Shown piece after piece: positions 21,499 through 31,141 of a DNA stretch of 64,000 nt. How positions within the stretch are numbered: the stretch's first letter is position 1; each line of letters starts with the position of its first letter. The notes under the pieces were generated by a model. That model made no database searches, was not told the DNA's origin, and saw only the letters and a list, made by a program, of their open reading frames with translations. The stretch is from Nitrosopumilus sp. (GTDB lineage: Archaea > Thermoproteota > Nitrososphaeria > Nitrososphaerales > Nitrosopumilaceae). Position numbers and translations under genes: made by a program. The stretch is from assembly GCA_965214775.1 (NCBI GenBank), contig OZ243974.1, positions 1,440,001-1,504,000 on the forward strand, given 5' to 3'.

Positions 21499-22053
21499 AT
21501 GGGCTATGATGAGGATTTTTGGAACAGATATGCGGAGGAAAACGAGGCAAGATACAACGAGGAATTTTCAAAGTTTGCCCGAGATTTAGCTGTCTCTTTG
21601 AGAACAACCAATGTCTTGGAAATTGGATGTGGAACAGGGATTGACTTGCGATTGTTTCCAGAGACATTTGGGATTCATGGTGTGGATCTTAATGATAACG
21701 CATTGAAGATTGCAAGGGAGAATCTTCCTCAGGGAGATTTTAAAAAGGGAAATATCGCAGATCTGCCGTTTGAAGATTCGTCAATTGATTTTGTATTTAC
21801 ACACCAACTACTAAATTATCTGGACGATGAGACACTTGAGAGAGGGATTTCAGAAATGTTCAGGGTTGCAAAAAAATACATAATGAACTGTGAAAAATTT
21901 GAACAGTCCGAAAAACAAATCGATGAACATCATAAAAATCGCAATATGCTAAAAAGATGGATGAACTATAAGGTTAGAATGGTCAGCAACGTTGACATGC
22001 ATGAGGAAATAGATCCTGACAAGTCCCGGTTTACGCTACTTCGAAAACTCTGA
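21499..22053 (+). CDS. Class I SAM-dependent methyltransferase
   Basis: VLEIGCGTG, GVDLN, LPFEDSSIDFV. Confidence 0.9.
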   Translation: MGYDEDFWNRYAEENEARYNEEFSKFARDLAVSLRTTNVLEIGCGTGIDLRLFPETFGIHGVDLNDNALKIARENLPQGDFKKGNIADLPFEDSSIDFVFTHQLLNYLDDETLERGISEMFRVAKKYIMNCEKFEQSEKQIDEHHKNRNMLKRWMNYKVRMVSNVDMHEEIDPDKSRFTLLRKL

Positions 22054-22202
22054 CCCGGATTTTTGGGACTAGACTCTGCGTAATCTGCCTGAATGAGGCG
22101 AGTTTGTTCGTAATGATCCTGGATCTGAGCCTATACGCATAAAGTTATTGGGAGGAACTAATTACGGGGTTTCACAAAGAAATTCCTTTTGAATGGGAGG
22201 AC

Positions 22203-22443
22203 ATAATAGGATAGCCCCTGCCTAGAGTTGGAGTCACGTCCCTTGCAGGTCATGCATGAAAATCACATATGCGGACAGATTCGTGCCTGAAATCAGGAAC
22301 AACTTCCAGAGCCCGACCTGTTACCATCCAATTCCTGTAACGGTTCGTACTCGAAGCTCAGGCGTGACTTTTACTGCCGCAGACGCATTTGCAGATGTAG
22401 TTTGCGCCTGAAATCAGGAATAGCTTGCAGAGCCAGATGTTAC
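22203..22443. mobile_element. MITE cluster: chimeric C/B element (22203-22324) and diverged B-like element (22337-22443)
   Basis: Left part matches 55795-55912, right end CTTCCAGAGCCCGACCTGTTAC matches 37722-37832. Confidence 0.8.
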
Positions 22444-22771
22444 GATTCTGCAAAGAAATTCTTTTTGAGTATGGATCATCTTGCATGGATTTTTTTGGCC
22501 TGAATGATTACTGTTCTGATGTAATCTCTAGCTGTGGAATCAGAAACTCCCATCTGTTTTGCCCTTAGGTAAAGGGAATTTTCCTGAGGGTCTGCAAGAT
22601 AGCATTTTAGAAGGTGATTCAATCTATGAGATCTCTTTTCATCGCTTTTCATAACCTTGGTTGTTTGCTTGAATTAAAAAGGTCAGAGTATAGCGGAATA
22701 ACCAAATAGTATCATAAAATTATTATAAAAACATATAATCTTTTTTAAACAATAGAGAAAAAGCAATTCAA

Positions 22772-23113
22772 ATGAAACGAATTGAAGCAACAATTCAAGG
22801 CAGTAAAATAGGTGCAGTTTCTGATGCAATAAATGACATCGTTGGGGGTTTTACCATTTTAGAAGGAAATGGTAGAGGTTCTGGCGAAAGACAAACCATC
22901 AGATCTGGAAGAGGAACAGGCTCAATGGTTGCAGAATATAACAAAGTGGCAACTGTTAGTACCATTGTCGACGATGCTGATGTGGAAAAAGTTTCTACAG
23001 CAATTGCAGACGCAGCTTTTACAGGAAAAGGCGGAGATGGAATTATCGTGGTATCAAGCGTAGATAGCGTTCTTAACATTGCATCTAAAAAGAGTGGCGT
23101 TGAAGCCCTCTAA
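22772..23113 (+). CDS. P-II family nitrogen regulatory protein
   Basis: MKRIEATI, GRG T-loop, TGKGGDGII. Confidence 0.92.
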   Translation: MKRIEATIQGSKIGAVSDAINDIVGGFTILEGNGRGSGERQTIRSGRGTGSMVAEYNKVATVSTIVDDADVEKVSTAIADAAFTGKGGDGIIVVSSVDSVLNIASKKSGVEAL

Positions 23114-23268
23114 CCGTTTTCTTTTATTGACACAATTCTTACAATCTGGAAGTATGCTGCCGAGAGGTTTGCTACATCTCTCGGGAACGGTATCTCTTTG
23201 GGAGACATGTTGTCTGAAGGGATGGAATACTATTGCAATTTGGGTATAAAAGTAGAGGATTTTGAGGA

Positions 23269-23508
23269 TTATTGCTGTCCTTCAATTCCCATTAATGTCA
23301 GAGTTGATCTGATCTTTGGAATTTTACGGATCTTCCATGTGATAGTTTCACGTAATGCTTCTACCTGGCCAGATTCCACCTTGGCCAAAATATCATATGC
23401 GCCAAATGTTCCATGAACCTCAACAACTCCCTCAATGGATTTTAATTCTGAAATTACTGCTTCTTCAGAACCAAGCTCGCAGTTTATGAGAACATAAGCT
23501 GCTGCCAT
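23269..23508 (-). CDS. Lrp/AsnC ligand-binding (RAM) domain protein
   Basis: AYVLIN..G.E; VHGTFGAYDILAKVE; STLTL. Confidence 0.9.
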   Translation of the reverse strand: MAAAYVLINCELGSEEAVISELKSIEGVVEVHGTFGAYDILAKVESGQVEALRETITWKIRKIPKIRSTLTLMGIEGQQ

Positions 23509-23636
23509 TTTATGGTCGAACTCCTAACTTCATACATTAAATTGCATGCTGAATTATATAAGAATAAGCTAAAAAAGCTGAAAATTCAGAGGATAAACCA
23601 TCAAAATCACCAACAAACGTTCAGAAAAAAGGTTTT

Positions 23637-24608
23637 TTAGACATCCGGATAAGCACGATGGCCATGTCTCATTACTTGCTCAAGCTCAGATAAATTCTTT
23701 GAAAGAGTAATTTTTGCACGAAGATCAGAGCCGCCCCTCATTCCTTTGGTAAATCGCATTGCCTGGCCCTTGATGTTTGCAAATCTGATGTTGTATCTTG
23801 ATGTCAAGTGAAGATATTCAAAAAACGAATCAAGCCTATCTTTGGAGGAATATTCATGATACGAGTCGGTTTTAAGATAATCATTAATCTGTTCAAACAA
23901 GAAGGGATTTCCCATTGCCCCGCGCCCGATCATTACATAATCACAACCAGTCTCATCTAGCATGGCCTTTGCCTCTTCGGGAGTGGTGACATCTCCATTT
24001 CCGACAATTGGCAGACCGGAGATCTCCTTTAGCTCTTTAATCAAATTCCAGTCGGCATTTCCGGAATACCCTTGACTTACAGTCCTTGGATGAAAAGTGA
24101 TCATTTGAACGCCCTCGTCCTCAGCAATCTCTGCAATGTCTCTAAACAGGAATCTGCTTGCATCAGTAACCCCGGAACGGATTTTTAGTGTTACGGGTTT
24201 CTTAACGGCATTTACAAGAGTGCTGAAAATTTGCTGTGTGAGATTTACTTCTTGTAGCAATGCACCTCCGGCCATCTGTTGTGTGATGTGAGGTGCTGGA
24301 CATCCCATGTTGTAATCGATGATGTCAAAATAGGGCTCTACAATCTTTGCAGCCTTTTCTAAAGCGGCCAGATCAGATCCAAACAGCTGAACAGATATCG
24401 GCCGTTCCTCTTCAGAATATTCGATGAACTCTTGAATGGTTTTCATGTCCTCCTTGAGCTGCCGCTGTTTTGCAATGATGCTGTGTATGCTTGTAAATTC
24501 GGTAACGACTAGTCCTGCTCCCATCCTTTTGCATTGTAGTCGCAATGCAGGATCGCTGACTCCTGCCATGGGAGCCAAAAATGCTTTGCTGGAAAACTTT
24601 AGGGGCAC
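23637..24608 (-). CDS. dusB: tRNA-dihydrouridine synthase
   Basis: LAPMAGVSD, VQLFG, NMGCP, HPRT, GNGDV, MIGRGAMGNP. Confidence 0.92.
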   Translation of the reverse strand: MPLKFSSKAFLAPMAGVSDPALRLQCKRMGAGLVVTEFTSIHSIIAKQRQLKEDMKTIQEFIEYSEEERPISVQLFGSDLAALEKAAKIVEPYFDIIDYNMGCPAPHITQQMAGGALLQEVNLTQQIFSTLVNAVKKPVTLKIRSGVTDASRFLFRDIAEIAEDEGVQMITFHPRTVSQGYSGNADWNLIKELKEISGLPIVGNGDVTTPEEAKAMLDETGCDYVMIGRGAMGNPFLFEQINDYLKTDSYHEYSSKDRLDSFFEYLHLTSRYNIRFANIKGQAMRFTKGMRGGSDLRAKITLSKNLSELEQVMRHGHRAYPDV

Positions 24609-25029
24609 TGTATCTCCTCATCAACTGAATATATCTACATTGGTCTTACAGAAACCATGCAAGAATAACCAATCTAATCATCTCGTCATTGTGCAGGAAT
24701 TGCATACGGCCAACCTAAACAGCATCCCATGTCCTGAGTTGTATCGTTCCTTGATGCAATGTCTCCTGACATCGTTCTCTTGATTGCAAAAAAGATGGCT
24801 GACTGTAGTGCGTACAGCTGAAAATCGATTATTTTTTTGACGAAATGGGCACGATGTTGGTGAGGACCAGTGTAGATGCAGGATGCCCTTACCAGTCCCC
24901 TGCATAACAGGCCGCCATTTGAAATGCCTGCGGGAAACCCGTAGGCCGCAGACGAATCAACATGGATCCTGTTCCGTCCATACCGGCCAAACTTACCAAA
25001 ATCAGTGATCATGCCTGCTTTTCATCCTG

Positions 25030-25118
25030 TAGTCAATACATAAAAAAATGGAATGTGATTTTGACACATCGTGCCTACTTCACCAAAAAAAATATTCCAT
25101 TTTCAACTGCACACACTA
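25030..25118. mobile_element. MITE family M copy, TG on both flanks
   Basis: TAGTC...CACACTA, alignable to 13411-13498. Confidence 0.7.
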
Positions 25119-25497
25119 TGCATGCCCCCAAGAAACCTCCTTATCTCCCTACGCATCGACTCTGGTGATGCCTTGTTGATTCTCAGGTGACCTGCTCACC
25201 GGCGTCCGGGGTACCGCGTATCCCACCTGCCACCCATCCGGTCCAGCGGTGTACAGGCTCGTCCCTGTTGGCTGCAAAGGCGGGATCGCAGAATCCTGCA
25301 GCACTGTGCACCTGCCAGACCGCAAGCCTGGCCCCCATGCCATGCCTTGGAGCGCTGTGCTTAAAATCCTTTCAGTGGAATAACCGCAAGCCGCTTCTGA
25401 AATTCCTGTTCCGAAACATCCATGATGATATCTTTACACTCCCGCATGATTTTGGTTATGACCGCCAGATTTGCAGACCTCGGCAGGCCATGCGGCA

Positions 25498-26148
25498 TCA
25501 TCGAGGATTTCTCTCTCCCAGATTGTAATACATGATGTCCTTCTTGCCTCTTCTTTCCAAGAGTTTGAACGTGGTGTTTCTTTCATACCATGGGAGTGCG
25601 CCCGGCAGCGGCTGCAACGCTATCAGCCTGCATCCCACGTTCTGGGACAGGGCATGGGCCTGCTCCTTTGCAAAACCAACCATCGTCCTTCCTAGGCCGT
25701 TTCCCTCGTACTCCCTGTGGGCCGCAAGCTGTCCGATCAGCAGGGATGGAATGGTCGCATACGGGAACTTTCCATGCTGGTCCCGTGGCATGTCCCTTTT
25801 GTCGATGGAGTACGTCGCAAGGGTCATGAAACCCAGCAGCGTCCTTCTGTCTTCCACCCAGCACCAAATGGTACCCAGAGAGATGATCCGAAATTAGAAG
25901 CCGTGCGAATTTTTCAAGTAATTTCACAGATAGCTTGTATTTTGTTGGTGTTTTGAGCCGTTTTATGCAAATTCGTTCACAAATAATCAAAGTCTGCTAA
26001 TTTCGAATCAACTCTGTCTCTTCCTCTGATCTTCAAGAGCCTCATCGACGATGTATTCCTCCATGCTCTGTTCGATGCATCTGAAGGTCTTCACCGGGAC
26101 ACTGCGTGTCAGAATTCCCCTTTCAACCCTGGAAAAATCGACTTGCAA
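25498..26148 (-). pseudogene. GNAT acetyltransferase (TacT/AtaT-toxin-like) split by MITE family L
   Basis: Removing 25876-26016 joins ..KTFRCIEQSMEEYIVDEALEDQRKR to GTIWCWVED..IPSLLIGQLAAHREYEGNGLG in frame. Confidence 0.8.
25876..26016. mobile_element. MITE family L (~135 bp)
   Basis: TIR CAGAGAGATGATCCGAAATTAG / CTAATTTCGAATCAACTCTG; copies at 38144, 38326, fragments 52584, 61341. Confidence 0.85.
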
Positions 26149-26310
26149 TTAGAAAGTCACGGTGGGGATGTTTTTGGCGGACTTGAGCGCCTCTTTCAGT
26201 GCTTGGGCCTGTTCTGCCGTCTGCCCGGCTTCCACATCATCCGTAAGCTCCTTCCACTCAGCACCATCCAACGGCTCGATCTCTCTTAATGTCATGCATT
26301 TGGTAACCAT
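26149..26310 (-). CDS. 53-aa putative antitoxin for the GNAT toxin (not in ORF track)
   Basis: MVTKCMTLREIEPLDGAEWKELTDDVEAGQTAEQAQALKEALKSAKNIPTVTF; stop abuts the GNAT TTG. Confidence 0.55.
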   Translation of the reverse strand: MVTKCMTLREIEPLDGAEWKELTDDVEAGQTAEQAQALKEALKSAKNIPTVTF

Positions 26311-26344
26311 CACTCCCTTAATAAAAATTGAAACTTCCTTCAGG

Positions 26345-26535
26345 GTACGAGTTTACCCCTTAGGCGTCACTGGTGTCTGGAGCCTTCATGATCACGCCTG
26401 CCACATCGTATCTCAGGTGAGGGGTAAACTCGTACTCCTTCAGGAGCAAGAGTTTACCCCTCAGGCGGCATTGCTGGCCGGAGCCTTGATCACCGTGCCT
26501 GCCACGTCGTATTTTCTGGAGGGGTAAACTCTTAC
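26345..26535. mobile_element. Two tandem MITE family N copies (26345-26435, 26446-26535)
   Basis: TIR GTA(A/C)GAGTTTACCCC / GGGGTAAACTC(T/G)TAC; first copy flanked by TCCTTCAGG; third copy at 41468. Confidence 0.9.
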
Positions 26536-26574
26536 GAAAAAGGAGCACTTGTACAAAAAAAGGGTTCTTTGATA

Positions 26575-26997
26575 TAGCAACGAGCAGAAATAATTGAGCT
26601 TTTTTACGTGTAGTTATGACCTCAGCTAAGTGAAAAGGGGGTGTTTCCTAATTCGTACAACTTCAGGTCCTATTTAAACCGCCTAGGAATCTAGGAAGTA
26701 TTTGCTTGCCAGTATAAATGGGACCTGAAGTTGTACCCTAATTCCACCTGCCTGACTCAATCTGTATGTTTTTCTGAATTTTCGGCCCTTTGCACGCCTG
26801 ATCCATGTAACGTCTTGACAGTTTTCAGAAATTCTGGTGAATTAGGAAACAACCCCCGTGAAAAGTACTAAAAAATCGAGTAAAAACAGAAGCTGGACAG
26901 GAGGTACGATGCCTGAATATCATGACAAAACAACAAACCTCATTTACTTTTCACTTAGCTGGATCTACTTTGACTCAAAGACTTCTGCCCGTTGCTA
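26575..26997. mobile_element. Four-level nested MITEs: I (26575-26997) > E (26623-26961) > F (26637-26857) > H (26655-26736)
   Basis: Each has TIRs and a duplication: TA; GACCT/GATCT; GTGAAAA(G); CCTAATTC. Confidence 0.9.
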
Positions 26998-27340
26998 TAC
27001 CAGAAATGAGATCTCCAAGCTTCAGGCAGATCCTGCCATGCATGAGTCCCAACATGTCCATATCACGCCGTCATTATACAATGATGCCAGAAAGAAATTC
27101 AAGGCGCATGCTAGCAAATGATGAGGCTCTAACTCAAGTACGCGATCAAAAAAACCTTCAACTAATATTAGAAGGCTGCAAAAGACTATTCAATGAATGT
27201 CTCCTAGAACGCGATGATTGTTTTGAAAGATCATATGATGCATCTGGATCTGAAGAACAAAGACAACAACGGAAACTAGGACGATTATGACAACGATGAC
27301 GATGACGACTACGAGATGCAAATTTCCAATCTCTGCAAAA

Positions 27341-27835
27341 CTAGCCTATCTTGCAGCAACTCTTAGATTGAATGCCTCTGGCAATCCACCAAATAGAAAA
27401 CATCAAGACCCCTACGGAGATGAACTTCAGCTCTAGTCCCTGCATTGGAAACAGTGACAGTCCTCCAACGGCACCTAAAATTACCGCAAGAGGCGCCGTA
27501 CATGCCGGGCATCCGGGCGTAAAGGCGGCAAATGCCCCCCCTAGCACCGCCGATGATGAGTTTGATTTTACAGAATTCATCATCTTCATTCTTTTCATCT
27601 TAAATGCAATCATTGCAAAATTAACTCCTGCCAGTGCTGAAATAGCTATGGTCAGACCAATTGACGAGATTATGTAAGATGGAGCAAGGTCGACTGCCGC
27701 ATCAAAATGGGCAGGAAGCATTGACATTGTTAAAAAGTGGTAGATTATCCCCAAACCCGTTCCACTGAGAACGGCAACAGCTGCATATCTTCTGATTGTC
27801 AGGACGTTGGAGATTAGCCGTAATTTGCTTACCAA
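27341..27835 (-). CDS. Multi-pass membrane protein with CPAC motif
   Basis: Hydrophobic helices, PGCPACT, C-terminal CC. Confidence 0.75.
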   Translation of the reverse strand: MVSKLRLISNVLTIRRYAAVAVLSGTGLGIIYHFLTMSMLPAHFDAAVDLAPSYIISSIGLTIAISALAGVNFAMIAFKMKRMKMMNSVKSNSSSAVLGGAFAAFTPGCPACTAPLAVILGAVGGLSLFPMQGLELKFISVGVLMFSIWWIARGIQSKSCCKIG

Positions 27836-27915
27836 GTAGATCTATTTCTCCTTTGTCATATTTTAACCATTTTTGACTCAACAAAGATTATTACCCGTAA
27901 AATTACCAAAAATTT

Positions 27916-28167
27916 ATGCCCGAATTCACTTTGGAGGAAAAGACAATTCTTGTTCAATACGGGATAAAAAAATATGAAAACGAGCAAACCGTTTTTGAAA
28001 GACTAAAAACAGTTCTCCCAGAAAAGGACATCCAACAAAACATTGACACACTTTTGGGAACCCAGCGTGTAAGACGCATTGGCCCAGAAACCCTTCAAAA
28101 CAACGAGAGTCATACGGAACTTCCAGAATTGCCTGAAAACCTCAAGCCAATAATTGACAGTCTGTGA
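27916..28167 (+). CDS. Hypothetical protein
   Basis: 83-aa ORF with normal composition and AT-rich upstream. Confidence 0.7.
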   Translation: MPEFTLEEKTILVQYGIKKYENEQTVFERLKTVLPEKDIQQNIDTLLGTQRVRRIGPETLQNNESHTELPELPENLKPIIDSL

Positions 28168-28203
28168 CCTATGTTTTTATAATAACAAAAACCACTGATT
28201 CGT

Positions 28204-28659
28204 ATGAACAGGGTGATTTTTCTTCTTTCTGGCATTGTTGTTGCTCTGGGTGTTCTCTTTACAACCACAACTGATTACTCGTTTGCACATCCCCATTCGG
28301 TACAAGTGACGATGGATGATCACACTCATCACGACTTGCAGTCTGAAATAATTTCTCTTGGAGGTATGATTGGTTTGGAAAAATCCATACTTGAATTTCA
28401 CACTCCTGAGAACAACTCACTTCCATGGGGATTTGTTGAGGGAAGAATTGCAAATCATGTGGAAGGTTATCCTGTAGTAATTCAAATTTTCAAGGATGGG
28501 GATGCAGTACATTTTGCTCAGACAGGCGTTGATCAATTCGGCAACTATGAATACAAGTTCAGAGTCATGCATTCCCAAAACTCAGAGACGACAAGAATCT
28601 TTGATGGCAGCTATACCGTCAAGATCTTCAAAACAGTCTATCTTGATGACTTTGTCTAG
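28204..28659 (+). CDS. Secreted hypothetical protein with His-rich N-terminus
   Basis: Signal peptide followed by AHPH..DDHTHH. Confidence 0.75.
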   Translation: MNRVIFLLSGIVVALGVLFTTTTDYSFAHPHSVQVTMDDHTHHDLQSEIISLGGMIGLEKSILEFHTPENNSLPWGFVEGRIANHVEGYPVVIQIFKDGDAVHFAQTGVDQFGNYEYKFRVMHSQNSETTRIFDGSYTVKIFKTVYLDDFV

Positions 28660-29537
28660 AATCCGCGCAATCCCTGCGGACGCACAGTCTCCGGGTGCTG
28701 CCTCATCCAATAAATTTTCTCCATCATTGCCTTTTTGTCTTGTGGGAACGTTCCCTTTATTGTGTAGGCATTAGAACCGTGATTTGCCCTAAAGACAATC
28801 TCGTCTTTTGTATCGATCTGCTCAATCAAGTCATGAAGCTCCTCTAGAGATTCATCGTCGTTAATTCTGATAAATGGCTCGTTGAACTTGTCAAGAAATT
28901 CCTGCTTGATTCCGTTTTCTAAATACAGTGTCAGTGCGCCCACATAGTTTGGTGAGCAGGCACTGATTACTCTGGCAGTGCCTTTGATGTGTTCCTTGGA
29001 ATAGGTCCTGCCTCCCAAACCCAAAATCACCATGCATGATACCACGTATCCTGCTGCCTTTGCTTTGTTGACTGACTTGATTATTGTTTTTGCAATGGCC
29101 CCTTTTGTTACTTTTTTCAAGACGGTGTCTGATCCACTTTCAATTCCAATATAAAACATGTCCAAGCCAGCCTCGTTCATTCTCTTCAGTTCGCCGTCTG
29201 TTTTTTTCAGGATGTTCATAGGCATTGCATAGCAAGAGATCCTTTCGATATTTTGAAACTTTTCTCTAATGTACCTTACAATCTTTATCATAAATTCCGT
29301 ATCAAGATTTAACGCATCGCCGTCTGCCAGAAAAACTCTTCTCGTATCAGGCAGATAGCCTGCCATCATGTCAACCTCCCCTTTGATCTCTTCCCAGGAT
29401 CTCTCCGAGTATTCCTTTGATCTGTACATGTCGCAGAAGGAGCATTCGTTAAACGAGCATCCCAGGGTGACCTGGAAAATTAGCGAGCGGGCCTCAGATG
29501 GCGGCCTGTACAGAGGAGCGTCATAGTTTAACATCAA
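28656..29537 (-). CDS. Radical SAM protein
   Basis: YRPPSEA, CSFNECSFC, FLADGD. Confidence 0.92.
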   Translation of the reverse strand: MMLNYDAPLYRPPSEARSLIFQVTLGCSFNECSFCDMYRSKEYSERSWEEIKGEVDMMAGYLPDTRRVFLADGDALNLDTEFMIKIVRYIREKFQNIERISCYAMPMNILKKTDGELKRMNEAGLDMFYIGIESGSDTVLKKVTKGAIAKTIIKSVNKAKAAGYVVSCMVILGLGGRTYSKEHIKGTARVISACSPNYVGALTLYLENGIKQEFLDKFNEPFIRINDDESLEELHDLIEQIDTKDEIVFRANHGSNAYTIKGTFPQDKKAMMEKIYWMRQHPETVRPQGLRGF

Positions 29538-29636
29538 TTCCTGATCACTGCTTTTGTCTGATTGTGTTTTTTATACTTTCTACTTTGATTGAACCAGAAT
29601 CTCTTTTAGTGGAAAAACAGGAAAAACTGCGTTACC

Positions 29637-29938
29637 ATGGCAAACGATCCTGACGCTAAAAGACTGCTGTGGCTTGTCTTTGCAGGTTCCAGGGGCGGAC
29701 TAAACCGCCTGAAGATAGTCTCCAAGATAAGTAAAAGTCCCCATAACATCAACCAACTAGCAAGGAACCGGGTCTTGATTACAAGGCTATCCATCATCAT
29801 ATACGCGTGCTTGAAAAAAACAATCTGATAACTAGTGTGGGAGAAAAGTATGGCGTGGCCTACTTTGTCTCGACTTTTATTGAAGTCAATATGGAGTCAT
29901 TTGAAGAAATTGTGAGAAAATTGGACAAAAGTAAATAA
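29637..29938 (+). pseudogene. ArsR-like winged-helix regulator with 1-bp frameshift near 29762
   Basis: AGSRGGLNRLKI..NQLA continues in another frame as KEPGLDYKAIHHHIRVLEKNNLI..YGVAYF; intact paralog at 59264. Confidence 0.8.
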
Positions 29939-29963
29939 AAGATCGGAGGATGTCTTCCTCTAA

Positions 29964-30248
29964 ATGGAACCTGCCTGGCTAGCTCTCTCAGTCGTATCGA
30001 TTGCAAACATGGGCATCTTGGGAATTCTGATTTGTATCTTTGCAAACATGTTTCGCAAAACAAAAGCACAACTCCCATTGGGCATGGTTGTCGTTGCCGG
30101 AATGCTGCTTTTAAACAACGTAATAGGGGCAATAGGATATTTCTCACATGACATGATATTTTCTCACAGCATATTCCCATACATGCTTGGGGTGGGAATA
30201 GCCGAATTGGCAGGCCTGATAATTTTTCTAAAAATCACACTGGATTAA
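29964..30248 (+). CDS. Small 3-TM membrane protein paired with the wHTH gene
   Basis: Three hydrophobic helices; similar to 58931-59233. Confidence 0.75.
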   Translation: MEPAWLALSVVSIANMGILGILICIFANMFRKTKAQLPLGMVVVAGMLLLNNVIGAIGYFSHDMIFSHSIFPYMLGVGIAELAGLIIFLKITLD

Positions 30249-30277
30249 TCTTAGTTTAATTGTAACTGTCTGGTGGT

Positions 30278-30730
30278 GTGGCTATAATGCTGCAGGAATA
30301 TCTCAAACTAAACAAGAACATCCTGATTGCTTTTGGAGCCTCAATAACCGTTTCTGCAATTATTGCACAGGCCTTGTCTGATCAGGCCGACTATCTTAAC
30401 ACAACTTATACCACTGTTGCAGATTACGCGGTTTATTTCTCGGTATTTAGCGGAATGTTCTATCTGGACAACAGAAAAAAATACCGGACAGCTGATGGAA
30501 CAACAGATTCGGCCAAGCTCAGGCATGACTTGAAAAAACTGATCACGTCACTTGGGATTGCCGAGGTTGTTTACACCGTTGTCAGATGGGCCCTGCAGTA
30601 CTATCTTCTTACAATTGGTCATGACCCATACTTGGCATCAATTATATCACAAGGCATATCCACCGTTGTCTATATGGCAGTAGTGAATTTGAGCGTAAAA
30701 TTGACGAGGTTATACAAGCATGGAACTTAG
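30278..30730 (+). CDS. Membrane protein (GtrA-like)
   Basis: Four hydrophobic segments. Confidence 0.65.
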   Translation: MAIMLQEYLKLNKNILIAFGASITVSAIIAQALSDQADYLNTTYTTVADYAVYFSVFSGMFYLDNRKKYRTADGTTDSAKLRHDLKKLITSLGIAEVVYTVVRWALQYYLLTIGHDPYLASIISQGISTVVYMAVVNLSVKLTRLYKHGT

Positions 30731-31076
30731 CGTCTTTGTTGACGGATCCGGGGGTTCAAACGGCGGATATGGATTTTTTGTAAAGGAAACCGGAGAATCA
30801 TTTTATGAAGAAAAACCAGAGATTACAAATAACCAGGCAGAATACATGGCAATAATATCTGCCCTGAAAAAATTTGTAAAGGCAGACGGCAAAATTACGA
30901 TCTTCAGCGATTCAAAAAATACAGTAAACCAGCTAAACCATGAATTTGCCATCAACAACGAGCAGCTTCGAAATCTGGCAAGAGAGGCATGGGAAATAAT
31001 TGGCAACTTTTCTGACCTGACAATTTCCTGGGTGCCAAGAAAAGAGAACCTTGCAGGAAAGATGCTTGGCAGCTAA
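30720..31076 (+). CDS. rnhA: Ribonuclease HI family protein
   Basis: VDGS, TNNQAEY, SDS, WVPRKEN. Confidence 0.85.
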   Translation: MELSVFVDGSGGSNGGYGFFVKETGESFYEEKPEITNNQAEYMAIISALKKFVKADGKITIFSDSKNTVNQLNHEFAINNEQLRNLAREAWEIIGNFSDLTISWVPRKENLAGKMLGS

Positions 31077-31141
31077 AACCGGAGATGATTTTCCTTTCCA
31101 TGAATAGCTTTATTATACAAAATCCGTAGATCCAACATATC

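Noticed and set aside
27000-27320. ORF fragments after the nested MITEs
   Set aside because: Start codons come from MITE sequence and no motif is recognisable; possibly decayed gene debris
27852-27876. Third copy of the wHTH promoter motif
   Set aside because: Only about 15/25 match in AT-rich DNA and different spacing to the start
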